Below are positions 28,901-43,984 of a DNA stretch of 64,000 nucleotides, one piece after another. The DNA lies in the NCBI GenBank assembly GCA_965153355.1, contig OZ231126.1, positions 17,236,001 to 17,300,000 on the forward strand. The letters are read 5' to 3'. Source of the DNA: Flaccisagitta enflata (Eukaryota). The notes below the pieces were generated by a model. It had not been told where the DNA came from, searched no databases, and worked only from the letters and a program-made list of their open reading frames with translations. Position 1 is the stretch's first letter, and each line of letters starts with the position of its first letter. A program made the position numbers and the translations under genes.

Positions 28901-31156
28901 GATATCCACACTGTATTTACAAGGAGAAAAAATCTTTATTTTACCAAGATTTCAACCATGAAATTTGATGCTACAATATGCAAATGAGATGGTACATTGT
29001 TGAAGAGAAAACAAAAAAGAGTAGTGATGTTCTGACTTCATTTGCATAAAGCAGTTACTTTCATTGAGATTGGTAGCTTACTGTTTCCATATCCATGGCA
29101 CTAAGTTTTTGCCCTCAATGCTGCTGGCAGCCAAAATTGTCAATTTTTGAAATGACAAATATGATATCTTTACATGTGGGCTACATTAAAATGTTTAAGT
29201 AAAAGGGTATACATTTAGCCAAATGGTTGTGACTAAAATATGTATATCAAAAGCACAAAATCAAATATCGGATTGACTTATTAACAGAGGAATAAGTCAA
29301 TAAATATAATAGTTAAATATGGCCTGTTGCATTTGCATGAACAAAAGGATTTAATCTTTCCTCTCATCCACCACAATTTTCATCCCATTTTGTCTATTTC
29401 AAGCAGCTATAGTACAGTGCTTTTCTTTTTTGCTTTTTCTTATTTGCATATTGCTGTTTTTTTATTTGCAAGCCCTCTTTGTTGCCGTTTCATGTTTTTT
29501 GTTCCAAGTTTGTATTAATCAAATGGCAATAATTCAAATCATTCCTCTAAGATGGTAGGCACAATATGCATGTTAACAGCATAGATTCAAATTTGGTTCA
29601 ATTATAAAATCTTTCATGGTTTAAGCAACTGGGTTAGATTAACTCTTGGTGCATATACTCAATCAGCCATGAATATATGATTTGTTTATTTATTCTTAAA
29701 AGTTAGTGTTTAAGAACATTTCTGTTGAGGATGATCTGCGCACCTCCTTATTTGCATATTGCTGTTGGCCCATTTTAAAGCTGTTATAGCTGAATTAGAG
29801 TCAATCTTTTCTATCTTGTCAATCAGAAAACATGAGATTACAATACATGAAATACTAAAGCAAAAAAAAATCTGAAAAATCTCAAGGCTAAGAGTAAAAT
29901 CTGGTTTGTGAAGTAGAGATCCTTGATTAAAAAATTGATGGCTTTGTTTCCAATCAAACTTTTTTGATCAAATTTCATCATTGACAAGTTTCGCTTATAT
30001 CTTTACATAATACAATTTTAGCCCACCACAAAAATACATTAGCAAAAGTAAGAAAATTGGGAATCCGGGATGCAATATGTTCATCACAACCAAGGTTTGC
30101 TTTGTTTGTCTGAAGGCAACATGGATGACTTAGAGGGGCTTGCCTTAACTGTTTTTGAATGTGAAATGACCTTGCTTAGCTTGACATGGACTGGGGCTTG
30201 GCTTGGATCAGGAAGGATTGGCTTTGCTTGACTTGGTTTGGCTTGGCTTGGCTTTGCTTGGCTAAGTTAGATTGCATTGAGGAAGTGTCTTTGATTCAGA
30301 GGGTATTACTTGTTACATGTTTAGGACATGTAAGATGAATCTTTTGACTACCAAGCTCTAGGCCTCCTCTCCTTTGTAAAAAAGCTGCAGCAAGAAAACA
30401 AAAGACAATTTAGTTTTCTTCAAAAACACTGGTGCAGCACTGACTAGGGAAACTACCCTTTTGTCCCGGGCTCTGTAGAAATTTTTCACCAGGAATTTGT
30501 TTATTTTGATTTTCTTTGCAATGGTGCATGATAAAATTAAAATTCTTTCACCAAACTGTTAGCTATGTTACCCGCTATCTTTTGTTATTTCATTGTTTTT
30601 TCCTAGGTGCCCTAACAAAAAAGCTAACCTATCAAAAACTGTCTCCAATTTTTATTCGAACACCCGTTACGATTGGGCGAACGAGACAACCGAAGGATGG
30701 ATCAGTGACGACCTACTGATGTTCAAGTTCAGGTGGGCGACTTGATGTTCAAGTAGGTGGGTGGGTCGCTCGATAGCATATCTTCTCCACGACGCGATCT
30801 CGAGGATTTTCTCTTTACTTCTTCATCTCTCATTTCTATCATGTTTTTGACATCTCTTAACCTTCATAACAGGAGGAACCATATCCCTCACCATACCCAA
30901 ACTGAAATTAATGGAAGAGGGCCCCGCGAGCCCCTAACCGACCAGTCATCACGCGTATCACTCCTAGTTTTCCATAAAACAGAAACTTAATAACATTCTT
31001 TCTCAATCTGACCCAAAAGAAAACTGCTTCCCAAAAGCAGTTAAAGGCAGATATACGAGATGAAGTGATGGATAAATGGACAAATTGACTGAGGGGTCGG
31101 AAAACAATGACAGGGGACGGCGGGCCTATGAATGATGGATTCATTGAGAAAAAAAA

Positions 31157-31345
31157 AACAAGGCTGGATACACGGCTACCCGAGTCGCGCGCGGGTAGGC
31201 AGGGGCAGTGATGAAATAGCCAAAGCAAGCAGGAACTTAAATGCAAAACCATCCATAAACGCCAAAAACGCAATGTGTGACAGACCAACGGACAGACCGA
31301 CCAACAGATAGGGCTGGTGATAGAGTCGCGCGCACGCGACTAAAA
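31157..31345 (-). mobile_element. HINE/DINE-1-like element
   Basis: ACAAGGCTGGATACACGGC ... TAGAGTCGCGCGCACGCGACTAAAAA. Confidence 0.75.
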
Positions 31346-31631
31346 ATTTCTAAATCACTCTTGTTATTTGAGATGCATACATTTGCATTGATCTCCATTC
31401 GTTCCACTTCTTTTCGTTCTCATTAGTTTCTCTCTTGATGAGACAACTCACTTTCTGCAACAATAAATAATACTAACGGGTTCTCGCAAAAAAACGTATA
31501 TCTGTTATGACTTATGTGGGCAGCAAGAAACGCGTGGTTTGTTATGATGTCCATATCGTGGTTAACAATCATAGAGTTATCAGAAAGTCATGAGAGGGTT
31601 TATTCCAAAGCTAGAAGGGCAACATTTAATA

Positions 31632-31995
31632 GAACAAGGCCGGATACACGGCTACCAAAGTAGGGTGTGGGTGGGCAGGGGCCATATTTGAGGTCACTAG
31701 ACCATTTGGGTAGGAGCAGTGAGGTCCAAAGATAACAGGGCCAACACCTATAAGTCGCGTGCGAGACTTACAGAATGACTTAGCATGACTTAGAATGACT
31801 TAGTATGACTTAGTATACTCTAAAATGACTTAAAATAACTTAAGGGAATAAAATTGATAAAAAAAGGTAAAAGTGTGACGGGCCGACAGACCAACCAACC
31901 GACGGACGGACGGACAGACAAAGCGGGGTGTAGAGTTGCGTGCACGCGACTAAAAATCATAAAAAGTCAAGTGTGACCAACAGACCGACCGACAT
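31632..31995 (-). mobile_element. Nested HINE elements, the inner one with (ATGACTTAG)-type repeats
   Basis: Family ends as above; the inner element matches 23378-23580. Confidence 0.7.
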
Positions 31996-32000
31996 GAGTA

Positions 32001-32169
32001 CAGTGGAACCCCGCAATTACAGCCTCGCTTTTAAAGGTTCCCATCAATAAAGGTCAACATTTTGAGGTCCCAAATGGTAATATCTAAAGTGATTTCACCT
32101 CTCTTTAAAGATTATTCTTAGGTGAAAAATCTTCAGTCCCAGTGGGACCAATGAGGCGGGGTCCTACTG
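32001..32169. mobile_element. pogo/Tigger-like MITE
   Basis: TA|CAGTGGAACCCCGC ... GCGGGGTCCTACTG|TA. Confidence 0.75.
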
Positions 32170-32180
32170 TAATATATTTT

Positions 32181-32512
32181 CTGTATTCATCAACCCCCTT
32201 TAATTAGCGCCCCCCTCCCTATTTTTGCTTCTATGATTTAAACAAGATAGATAAAACTAGGACAAAATTTTTTAAGATGAAATTAATTTTCATTGTTTCA
32301 AGTGATTTTCAGTAATTTTTTTACACAGAAATTAATGAACATGATTCTGATTTTTACTCTTTTTGATTTCATGATTCAAAACCAAAATGTGTTGAAAAAT
32401 GTAAAGAATTCAAGACTATTTTCATCGGAGGGGGGCCCTTATTGGAGGGTAAACTAACAATATCATTTTGCAATTTCAAAAGCGCCCGGGGCGCTAAATA
32501 GATAAAATACGG
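32181..32512. mobile_element. Probable MITE (CCGTATTT...AAATACGG type)
   Basis: Degenerate TIRs C.GTATT..TTAGCGCCCC / GGGGCGCTAA..AAATACGG. Confidence 0.5.
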
Positions 32513-32599
32513 CATTCACTGAAAAAAAAGTCAACGTTTTTTAATGAAAACCTGTTAACATCTTGTTCTTTCCTGTTTAGTTCCTGTTTGTCATTATGC

Positions 32600-32601
<2 letters not shown>

Positions 32602-32697
<96 letters not shown>

Positions 32698-32716
32698 TTA
32701 AACGTGTGAGCGGGCA

Positions 32717-32804
<88 letters not shown>
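32602..32804. repeat. (GT)n and (CT)n microsatellites
   Basis: Direct reading. Confidence 0.97.
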
Positions 32805-32807
<3 letters not shown>

Positions 32808-34039
32808 AACATCGAGGGCATTTGGAAAATCTGATGCGGTGTTCATGCTTAAAAATTGCTTATCCAGCAGATGTTGATAATGCAACATAATGAAATCCAT
32901 TGGCGAATCGTCATCGCAAGCACCGGTAGTTGTACTAGAACAATCACATGTAATTACATTATGGAGGATGCAGTTCAAATGCAGAACAGAATTTTGCCTG
33001 TTCTGCATTTGCATTTGTACAGTATCCTCCATAATGAAACAAGAGATTGTTGTAATGGAATCCACATTTCTTGTCAGCCCATAAAGCTGAGATTTCAACT
33101 GTAGATACCCGAAGGCAATGGAACACTTTACCTAAGATTTCATCTAAATTATATTAGCCAGCTAGAAGTATGCCTATCATTACATCCCGTATAACGCCCC
33201 TGAAGTCGTCCAGTGTTTAATTATCAAGAACTGTGCGACAGGATATGTAAACAGCAAGTTTCAACGGAACAACATGAAACAATCAATGGATGAATTATTT
33301 ATATCAATTAAGAAAGGCAACTGCAGTCATCAAATAATCATGTTTGAGAAACAATTACCCATTCAGGGCATGAGCGAGAGGGTGCTCCATAATCTCGCAG
33401 TTCCAACATCACAGACTGAGACGAAAGTGTCAGGGCCGTTGAACTGAATCGTCAAGCGTTAATCAAAAACAGAATATTTCTAAAAGAAAAGAAAAAATTT
33501 CCAATGCCAAGACCACGGCGCGTCAATCGGAAAGCGATAATTTTCTATCCTCTTTAATGTATGTAAAAATAGAAAAAAGTAATGGATTATCGTGAATCGC
33601 GATAAGCCATTCACTACCACTCTCCTTCGTTGGTTTAATTTGTCTTGCCTTTTTACTGATACTCCAAAAGGGTTTTTGTTTCTGCCTTTTTCCCTACAGC
33701 TATACATGGTTATCATGTCACATTCAGTTGACATGACATAAAATTATACAGCAAGAGCCAATAAGCGCATCAACAGGAGAACAGCTTATGAAACCGATAT
33801 GTTTCTTTCTGTGATAGTCGCGAAATTTTGAAATCCAATTTAGCTGCAAATCCTATCATCCTATCATCCTTGACTGTTCAATAACATTGCACATGTGGAA
33901 GTGATAATGATGGAAAAGAGTATTAACATGGGAATCACATATGGTTGTTTTTAATAATATAAAAACGGAAATTGTCGAAACCGTTGGACGTTTCGTCTTA
34001 CAGGCGTGACAGCTCATCGTATCATCCTATCATCCCAGC

Positions 34040-34135
<96 letters not shown>

Positions 34136-35124
34136 ATTCTCCTCTAAATCTCTATCTGCATCATCATCTCTGTCTGCCTGGCTACGGTGGCCTACTGTCT
34201 GTCTTTATTTACTCCCCCCCTCTTCTTTTGAGAAAGAAAAAACACATTTTCTAATGAGTGTCCACATATGACGGCGAGCATCCGACGGAAAGATTTAGCG
34301 TGTCAACAGGGGTCAAAATAGAAAATTTTATGAGAATTAAAATAAGAAATAACATAAAAAAAATTATTGAGATATATCATAGTAAATATTCTATTGCAAA
34401 ATTTGCATTCATATAGGACAAAAGAGCAAGTAAAGCTATTATCAACTAAATAATTTTGCTAGAAAATACTTAAAATTTAATATTTGTTCACTGATAAGAG
34501 GCTTGTCAAAATTATAACTTTGCATAGAAAATGAAAAAACACAAAAATGAAGAATATAGCCGCCTTCCAAAATTGATTACAGAGGCGGCTATGTTTTTGA
34601 AAATGCAAAATTTCCTTGCATTCTAGAGTCTTATAATTTTGACAGCAGCAGTGAGACAAAAAATGTAAGCAAAATTTCATTAAAAATCTTTGTTTTCTTT
34701 GCTTTTCTCATGCGAATTGCTGATTTAAAGATTCTTTTGAGGTCAGCATATGACAAAGACATAAACACAGAGTATTTTTGGAGACAATTTGTTTCATAAA
34801 AATATCTGTTGCATCATGATCTTTCAATTATTGTAGAAAAGATGGGGTGAGACACTGAATGTTGACAGCAAATGCTCGCCGTCATATGGCTTTTTTATCA
34901 CAAAGAAAAGCATTTCTGTCCAATATTGTGCAGACATCCTTTAGCTGTAAGATTGGAAAGGCAGTTTTACAACTCGTTTTAAAGGCAACAAGAAAGAGCC
35001 AAATGCCTTTTCCATTCTTCCAGCTAATATTGTCCTGTCAATGTTTAACGAAAATTCCGGTATTTGTGATAAAACAACCATATGTGGACTCCCATAGAGA
35101 AATATCTTTTTTCTCCTCTCTTGT

Positions 35125-35179
35125 TTATTCGCCATTTGCGCAATGACCATCACGTTTCCACTCAATCTTCTTTTTCTTC
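35125..35179 (-). CDS. Candidate terminal coding exon of the minus-strand gene (KKKKIEWKRDGHCANGE*)
   Basis: TTTAG acceptor and phase 2, compatible with the micro-exon at 35529-35556. The pyrimidine tract is weak. Confidence 0.3.
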
Positions 35180-35279
35180 CTAAACGTCGAACGATTCACT
35201 CTACTTGGCCTTGTTTCTTCTTCTCCTCCATTTCATTTTTCTGTTTCTCCTCCATTTCATTTTTCTGTTTCTTTTTCTT

Positions 35280-36005
<726 letters not shown>

Positions 36006-36014
36006 AAAACATAC

Positions 36015-36155
36015 CATGCGTTCTGGTAGCTTCTAAAGCGAATAGTCGTTGGTAAGCTGCGGCCATGACCGACGCTGCGGCCGCGCTGTCGGTGATTTGA
36101 GCCCCAGCCGGTAACGCCGCCGTCCCTCCTCCTCCTCCTCCTCCGCCGGATGTCA
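36015..36155 (-). CDS. Internal coding exon, Gly/Ala-rich, of an unidentified gene
   Basis: TTCACAG acceptor, ATG|GTATGT donor, 141 nt, phase 1-1, GC-rich, reading TSGGGGGGGGTAALPAGAQITDSAAAASVMAAAYQRLFALEATRTH. Confidence 0.7.
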
Positions 36156-36423
36156 CTGTGAACACAAATTTGATAGCCGTTGTTAAAACGAAAATTCGAT
36201 TGAGTGTGACGGCAAGCAAGTATCTCATTGTGATTGTTTTCTTTTTTGCGCCACGGGGCGCTCTTGAAATTGACAACTCATTGTGAAAATCACTATCATA
36301 TTGGTATCATATCATTAGTATCACATTTGAATCAGTTTCGGTATAATATCTTTTGGGGGACAATCGATGGGAAATGACTTAATCCGTCTTGATCCAAAAT
36401 CCTGCAACCTAAACTTTTATCAA

Positions 36424-36805
36424 ACAAGGCCGGATACACGGGCCAAGACGGTGCGCCGGCGTTATCAATTCTTAGACCTATCCCTAGCTCTATCAGACCT
36501 ATGCCAAGCTTTATTGACCTAACCGTGGATGAATATGATTTTAAATGAAATGACATGTAACATAAATTCTTAGACCTATCCCGAGCTCTTTCAGACCTAT
36601 TCCGTGCTCAATATGACCTATCTCAAGCTCCATGAGACCTAACCATGTATAAATATCATAATAGATGAATTGACGAGTAACATGAATGATGAACAAGATG
36701 GGTTTTCTCGTGATTTTTAACATTTTTTGCGATTTTCAACTCGAGCGTGACAAACCATCCATCCAACCAACAGACAGAGCCTCTTATAGAGATGCACCTA
36801 AAAAC
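36424..36805 (-). mobile_element. HINE-like element with 21-bp AGACCTAT repeats
   Basis: AACAAGGCCGGATACACGG start and CTCTTATAGAGATGCA.CTAAAAA end. Confidence 0.6.
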
Positions 36806-37226
36806 TGAAATTTTCACAATTTTTTTTTTTTTTGGAAAAATGATCTTCAAAAGTGGGATGCAATCGAAAAGAGTCCTGAGCTGTGATCTTACCATTTTTT
36901 GGGGGTGAAGGGGGGGTCGGGGTTACATTTTTAAATCAAGTTACAAGATTCTCCCGAAATTCTTTTTAGCATGATATGGTTCAAACAAATGCTCACAACT
37001 TCGAAGTAACCTTGAAATGTGCAATATTGAAAGGGCTGAGCGGGTCCATGCAGAAGTTAGAGTTAAAATGAACAGAGGCGGGTGGGCGCTGAATGGAGAA
37101 ACTACGAAACGCGAAACTTAGTCAGCTATCGTTATATCTCCGGTTTTGACCAAGATGGTCCACACGTGCTTTGTGTTGAACAAGCCTTGCTTCAAAAGGC
37201 GCGTATAGAACAACGACCGTGAAGAG

Positions 37227-37269
<43 letters not shown>

Positions 37270-37280
37270 AGAGAAAGAGA

Positions 37281-37317
<37 letters not shown>

Positions 37318-37321
<4 letters not shown>

Positions 37322-37572
37322 TCGAATGATTGTCGCCTCATGCTCAGCATCAACATCATCATAGAACCGAGTCATAAAGGAAGATGATAGCCTGCTATAA
37401 CGCGCGTAGCTTAATTTGTAGATTGTCTATTTTTTATGTTTCTTTCTTGCAATTTATCAAATGGAATGGGATGCCTCTCTCTTCTTCGCTCACTGTTCGG
37501 TAAATAGTAGTAATCATGTATTCATGTATAGAAGCGTCTCGGCATCATGAAATCATATCAACAATGTCAACC
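37318..37572 (+). repeat. Local duplication, copy 1 (copy 2 at about 41901-42154)
   Basis: Near-identical 255-bp unique sequence. Confidence 0.92.
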
Positions 37573-38249
37573 CATCAGGCAAATCGAGCCGGCAGTAGAA
37601 TCTGAGCGAGAATCTAGTCAGTACAGTAACAATCTCTGCCCCAGCGGCATTTTTTCTTCTCTCTCGGAATTTTTTTTTCAACTGGACACGAGAAAAAGTT
37701 TCGCAGCCTGACGGCGCAAATTTACTGAGTTTAATCTAGCTCCAGAAATTCGGAGATGAGTAGTGAATTAGATTTGACTTTCGCAGCAGGGGACCAAAAA
37801 AAAAGTTGATCTGTTCGCAAAATATGACTATCATTTCCACGGAATTTGGCCTCCCGTATGCCTATTAGTACGCGCTAGATCGCCAGAACTCTGCAATCGA
37901 GTTGCTCGAGTTAAAAAGGAGCATCGGGACGTGTATTTTAATATCCCCGCGGTCGGACGCTCAAGCTAAAATCAACTTTTTAGTCACATGCTATATGACG
38001 CTATATCTGTCCATTCGTCGGGCGGTCGGCGCTTATGAGATTTTTTTAATCACCACTTCCCCCCAAAAACCCCATGCTCTATCACTGCCCCTGCCGATCC
38101 GCACGTTTCTGGCCTTGTTAAAACCGAAGAAAAATGCATGTGTCTATTCATGATAATATCATTAAAGTTAGTCATTTTGAGTCTGACATAGGGACCCGAT
38201 GCCCCGCTTATTTGCTACCCTCCGCTGTTGACAAGAGTGACGAGATGAT

Positions 38250-38400
38250 ATCGACGACGGCAATGAAAAAAACGACGATGATGAAAACTACGACTAGTAT
38301 GACGGTGATGAAGACGACGGTAATGAATACAACGGTGATAAATGCGACGGTGATGAAGAAAACGGCGATGAAGACAACGGCGATGATACTTATGATGATG
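38250..38400. repeat. 15-bp minisatellite (GATGAAGACGACGGT-like)
   Basis: About 9 degenerate copies. Confidence 0.8.
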
Positions 38401-38717
38401 ATCAACATGGAGAAAAGCTTGGAACCTATCGACTCCCTCACCGACAGCAACCAGACGGGCAGACCCGGGGAAATTTCCATCCCAAAAAGTCAAGTAGGCT
38501 CCTTACTATCCATAAGCGACTTTCTAGTCTAACAATAAGTTGGAAACAATTTGACATTACCGTAACAGATTAAATGTATCAGATTTAATGTATCGCTACT
38601 AAATCTAACAGAAAGGAGTACCGCGCATTGGACCAAACACGCAAAGGTGCTGCCTTTTGCATCGAGGCAATGGAGATTTCGCTGGTTCCGTGGATTAGCA
38701 ACTGTCGCCGTGCCTCC

Positions 38718-38771
<54 letters not shown>

Positions 38772-39492
38772 GAGACACACACAGAGCACTAGGTACATTA
38801 ATTCACACTATTCACAAAGCGTCAGAATATTTGCTCACGCGCACGTACACGGAGAAATTATCACTCATTGCGGGGAAGAAATTTAAAGGCGGGGTCGGGG
38901 GAGGGGGATCGAGGGTGACTCAATTATAGACACCCCTTCAATAACATTGATTGCATTAAATGGTTGTTTTAACAAAAAGCCATTATATCTTTGGCACAAA
39001 TCCAAAACCGCAACTGTATCCTCAACCCAACACCTAACTATTACGCCACCCCTTACCCTACTTAAATTTCCCCGGTAACCCACCGCACGAATGTAACATT
39101 TGGCCAAGACAAAATTCACATTAGTCTTCAACAAGTGACCTGGGCTCACAGTTACGTCCCGGACACATGGACAGCGGCGTCCAACCCCCATCCACACCTC
39201 ACCCACCCCTTCTTAGGACAATCACATCAACAGTTCATAAATGCGCGTTTTCGCAATTTCAACTCAAGTGTGACAGACAAACAGATCGACAGACGGACAA
39301 AGTCTCTTTTAGTGTTGCGAGTCCGCAAGTAACAATCGAATAACGATATTACACGGTACATCAAAATCATTTCCAATTGTGTCTTTGACGCTGCGAACGA
39401 CGTAGACGAGAGTTGCCCAATGTAGCGCATGTGACAAAGAAAGCCGCTAAATAACTTCTTATGTGCCAACCTGTACCTGTGTGTTTTTGCTA

Positions 39493-40129
39493 TAGTACCT
39501 TCCGAGCACACTCGGCTAAAACTGGAGGATTAATTTTTTTTAATTTTTTTTTTATTTCCTTATCTTTGTTTTTTTTTTATATAACTTAATTAAAGGATAC
39601 TTAATTCCTTGAACATATTTGGCTGTTAAAAAAAATAACTCCTGAAACCAAAGTCTTTGAATACATCATTTTGAGTGTTTTAACTCAGATTTGGCAGAAG
39701 TGTTTTAACTCAGATTTGGCAGAAAATATTACTTATCCTAGACAACATGAACAGCTCAATCAGATAATTTTTACAGGTTCTACAGCTTTTATAAGTTTTT
39801 AAGGACAATTGTCTTAAAATAATTTAGGACAATTGTCTTTAAAAACTTCAAATGGCCATAAAATCTAAAATAATTATCTGATTGAACTGTTCTTATTATC
39901 TAGGATAGGTAAAATTTTCTGCTGAATCCAATGGTCTAGGTTAAAACACTCCAAATTGATGACTTCATGCACTTTGATTTCACATGTTTTTTTTTTGACA
40001 GCAAGATATGTTCAAGGAATTAGGTATCTTTTAATTAAGTTGGATACAAAAAATGAAATTTTGGAAATAAGATTAAAATAAAAAAAATTTTATCCTCCAG
40101 TTTTAGCCGGGTTTGTTTGGAAGGTACTG
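39493..40129. mobile_element. Fully palindromic Tc1/mariner-type MITE
   Basis: AGTACCTTCC.A.CA.AC.CGGCTAAAACTGGAGGAT ... ATCCTCCAGTTTTAGCCG..TGGAAGGTACTG. The arms pair through to a centre near 39810-39840. Confidence 0.8.
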
Positions 40130-40258
40130 TGTGCGTGTGGGTCAGTGTGTTCTGGTCTGCATGTCTGTCGGTTTAGGTAAGTAGTGTTTTACTAATCAGT
40201 TTTTATGATTTGGTACTGCCAAAAATTATATTTCCCCTAAATTTTCTTTTTTACTCTT

Positions 40259-40421
40259 TTTTAGTTGCGGACACGCAACTCTATAAGAGGCTTTGTCCGT
40301 CTGTTGGTTGGTTGGTTGGTCGGTCCGTCGGTCCGTCACGCTTGAGCTGAAAAGTGGGAAAATGCGCATTTCCGCCCCTGCCCACCCGTCCGCAACTGGT
40401 GGCCGTGTATCTGGCCTTGTT
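40259..40421 (+). mobile_element. HINE/DINE-1-like element
   Basis: TTTAGTTGCGGACACGCAACT hairpin, (GGTT)n core and GGCCGTGTATCTGGCC stem-loop. Confidence 0.75.
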
Positions 40422-41900
40422 CCCTCTTTGATTCCCTTCCCCATCTCCAAATCGTTCGATCTCCCCCCCCCCCCCTCCAGGGGAGGGGAAAACTCAATCA
40501 CATACAGGCCTGTATTTTTTTGTTACTTGTGAGCACGTTTTGGTTTTGGATGCGTTATGGGAAGGGCGAGGCAAATTTAAGAGTGTGTTTAGTGAGGGCC
40601 AAATCAAGACCGCACGGGACCATACTGGTGGAAGAACAGGGTTAATTACCGGAATGTGTTTCAACTCCTGCTGTACTATGTATAGTTATTTCGATTGTGC
40701 GTGTCAGTGTATTTTTTGCTGTCGTTTTCAGGTTTACATGTTTATGCTCTTATCAAATTGATCATGTTCAAAGAAATACAGATATAAAGCATCACTCATG
40801 AATTATGAATTTGTTTCAATTATTAATGCTCGGCGGAAGCCCTAAGTACTGTTGTAGGTTGTGGTCTATTAGCGATTGGTCTCCTTAGCTAGTTAAGGTA
40901 ACGTTTGAAAGGTTCCCGAGCATCAAGAACAGAGAGAAATTTGAACTATTTGACCATTCTATTTATCGGTAGACTAAGTTGATTCCGTCCAGGACACGGT
41001 ATACGTAGTTTAGTGTCTAGGCGAGTTTTTTCATTGTTGACAAACCATCTCGGGAACTTACGAGCAATTGTTCCCGATGCTGTCTACGAATATTCACAAC
41101 AGATTACATCCAGTCAATATCACATTGGCGTCTGTCATTCGGCGTGCGTAATGACTAATGAGTAGAGAGAAATACGGCTCCCAGCAACAGTAATCGAACA
41201 TGTAGCGACGCTCCGAAAGACTACGTCAACGGGTCACTAAAAGATACGCGGCGAATGAAACAAAAGAGCATCGACGGCGAAAGAGACTTACGCCTGCGAC
41301 CGAGAAAGAAAAGTCGTTGAAGAACAACAACCACTTCGAACTGCTCATTCTGCGCTCGAATTGCTATCGCCGCGCCACGTGGATCGAACAAACTACAGGA
41401 ACGAGACTACCATCGGCAACATCAGAGGTTACAACGTCGTGGAAACGTTACGCGATAAGATAAATAGCGGCCGGGGAAACGAAGCGACGTGCTGTAACAC
41501 GCCTTACAGGTCGGAGGAAGTCAAGACTGGCTAGAGCACACTCGACTGATTCGCGAAGTGAAATCCTGGGCTTAAATCCATCCTTAAATGAATATCCCTT
41601 GATTTAGAGCTTACATATAAGAATTAGTCATAGCGACAAGCAACTTAAAAGCTAAAATTGATAGATTTCAACTCAAGGATTTTCATTTGAAAGAAATACT
41701 ACTTCGCGATTTACAATTAAACAAAGTAAGTGTGAGAGACGTTCATTCTACCATCGCACGGCGGGAGCAACATTTACGCATTCCACAATACAAACGGGTC
41801 TTCAGACTTGACTTTGTCACCGCCGGTCAAGGAATCTTCGCATCGGCGTCAATCAATTTCACGAGATCAACTCTCTTCTACGTCGACCCGTTGATGGCGG

Positions 41901-42255
41901 GAGTGTCGAATGATTGTCGCCTCATGCTCAGCATCAACATCATCATAGAACCGAGTCATAAAGGAAGATGATAGCCTGCTATAACGCGCGTAGCTTAATT
42001 TGTAGATTGTCTATTTTTTATGTTTCTTTCTTGCAATTTATCAAATGGAATGGGATGCCTCTCTCTACTTCGCTCACTGTTCGGTAAATAGTAGTACATG
42101 TATTCATGTATAGAAGCGTCTCGGCATCATGAAATCATATCAACAATGTCAACCTGTCTACGAATATTCACAACAGATTACATCCAGTCAATATCACATT
42201 GGCGTCTGTCATTCGGCGTGCGTAATGAGTAGAGAGAAATACGGCTCCCAGCAAC

Positions 42256-42257
<2 letters not shown>
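41901..42257 (+). repeat. Chimeric duplicate of 37318-37572 joined to 41080-41190
   Basis: Both parts match their sources almost base for base. Confidence 0.9.
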
Positions 42258-42341
<84 letters not shown>

Positions 42342-43197
42342 GGAGGATTTTTCTTCAATATCATTATACGAGACATTATTCATTTTCAAGCAGAAATCAC
42401 ATGTTGTTTGCTTACTCCGCTCCATTTGATTGTTGTCTAACATTTCAATTCAACGTTAGTCAACTATGATAACAAAATAGAAACAGCTTAATATCCACCG
42501 AGGTCAAGAGCCTTAGAAGTTGGAACTAATCACGGCCTTTACTCGCACGCAAATACTATTTTGCTAAAAAGTACATAGACAAGATTATATGCAGTTCCTT
42601 TATTTATCATGGAACATATTAGACATTAGTTAGACACAACTAGTATTTTGTCTGACCTTCCCGGGCATTAACTATGGCTATTGAGAGCCTCGGCATGCTT
42701 CCATCAAGTGATTTGATGTAAGATGGTGTAACGTTCTCCTACACCTTGAGAACGATTCTCTTGAGCCTTTCAAATTCAAATTCTGCATCTGACTCTGTGA
42801 CAGTTTGATCGGAATTTTGTCTGGATTATTTGCAGGCCAACTTGACGCCAACTTGACAGCAATTTGTCACCCTGGTCTGAACAAAAAGGTTCATTTGTAA
42901 CTGACAATGTTGCGCTTGGAACTATGAAATTCTTAATTTTTTTTTTTTTTTTTTTGCTATTTTCTGCTTGGGGTAGCAATTTTGTTTTGCTTGTCATTTC
43001 TAAATTAAAAGCATTGCGGTTTGCGCCATTAGCTCGGAAATTCCATGAGGTTTCCAGACATCACCAATTTTCTTATGTTTGTATCATTCTCTGGGTAGGT
43101 ATGCCCCATAATGCTTGTCTATATACATATTTTACCATCTCTCGTCTCTTGTCTCTCGTTTACCATCTCTCGTCTTTATGCGTATAACGCCTCTACG

Positions 43198-43436
<239 letters not shown>

Positions 43437-43984
43437 GTATTTTGAATATTGCGCCTCTGGTTCTTGAAACTTTAATCCTACGTTTCACCTTTTTTCTTTT
43501 GTATTTATCTTCGTTAATTTATTCTCGCAATGTAATCAATTCTTGTACTTGATATTTTGCTTATGTCTGAATGATGCATAATTTGTATGAATCTGTCGCT
43601 TCTTAGTTGACAAATATAACAAACCTCATATTATCAAGATAGTAGGCAGGAGGTGTGTTATTGCAGATGCTAATTTGGTCAAAGGGGAGGGATTGTGATG
43701 CATACCAAGGCCGGATACAAGATGTAAGAAGATGAATGATCAAGCGGACGGACAGACACAGCGACTTGAAGAATTGCGTCCTTGCATCTAGAAAAGTTCA
43801 TCCATTATCAAGGCATTATCGGAACCGTCTTTTGACTATGAAAGAGGTATCGGTTTAATCTCAACATCTCAAATTATGCTTACTAAACGATGAAATGATT
43901 ATTGAATGACAAAGCCTTGAGCTTGTCATCAAAAATTTTCTCAAAAAGGCCAAGAGGTTTCCAATAGATGCGTCTACCGTAGTT

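Noticed and set aside
38134-38532. Met/Thr-rich and Ile/Val-rich ORFs
   Set aside because: Explained by a 15-bp minisatellite, with no convincing splice sites.
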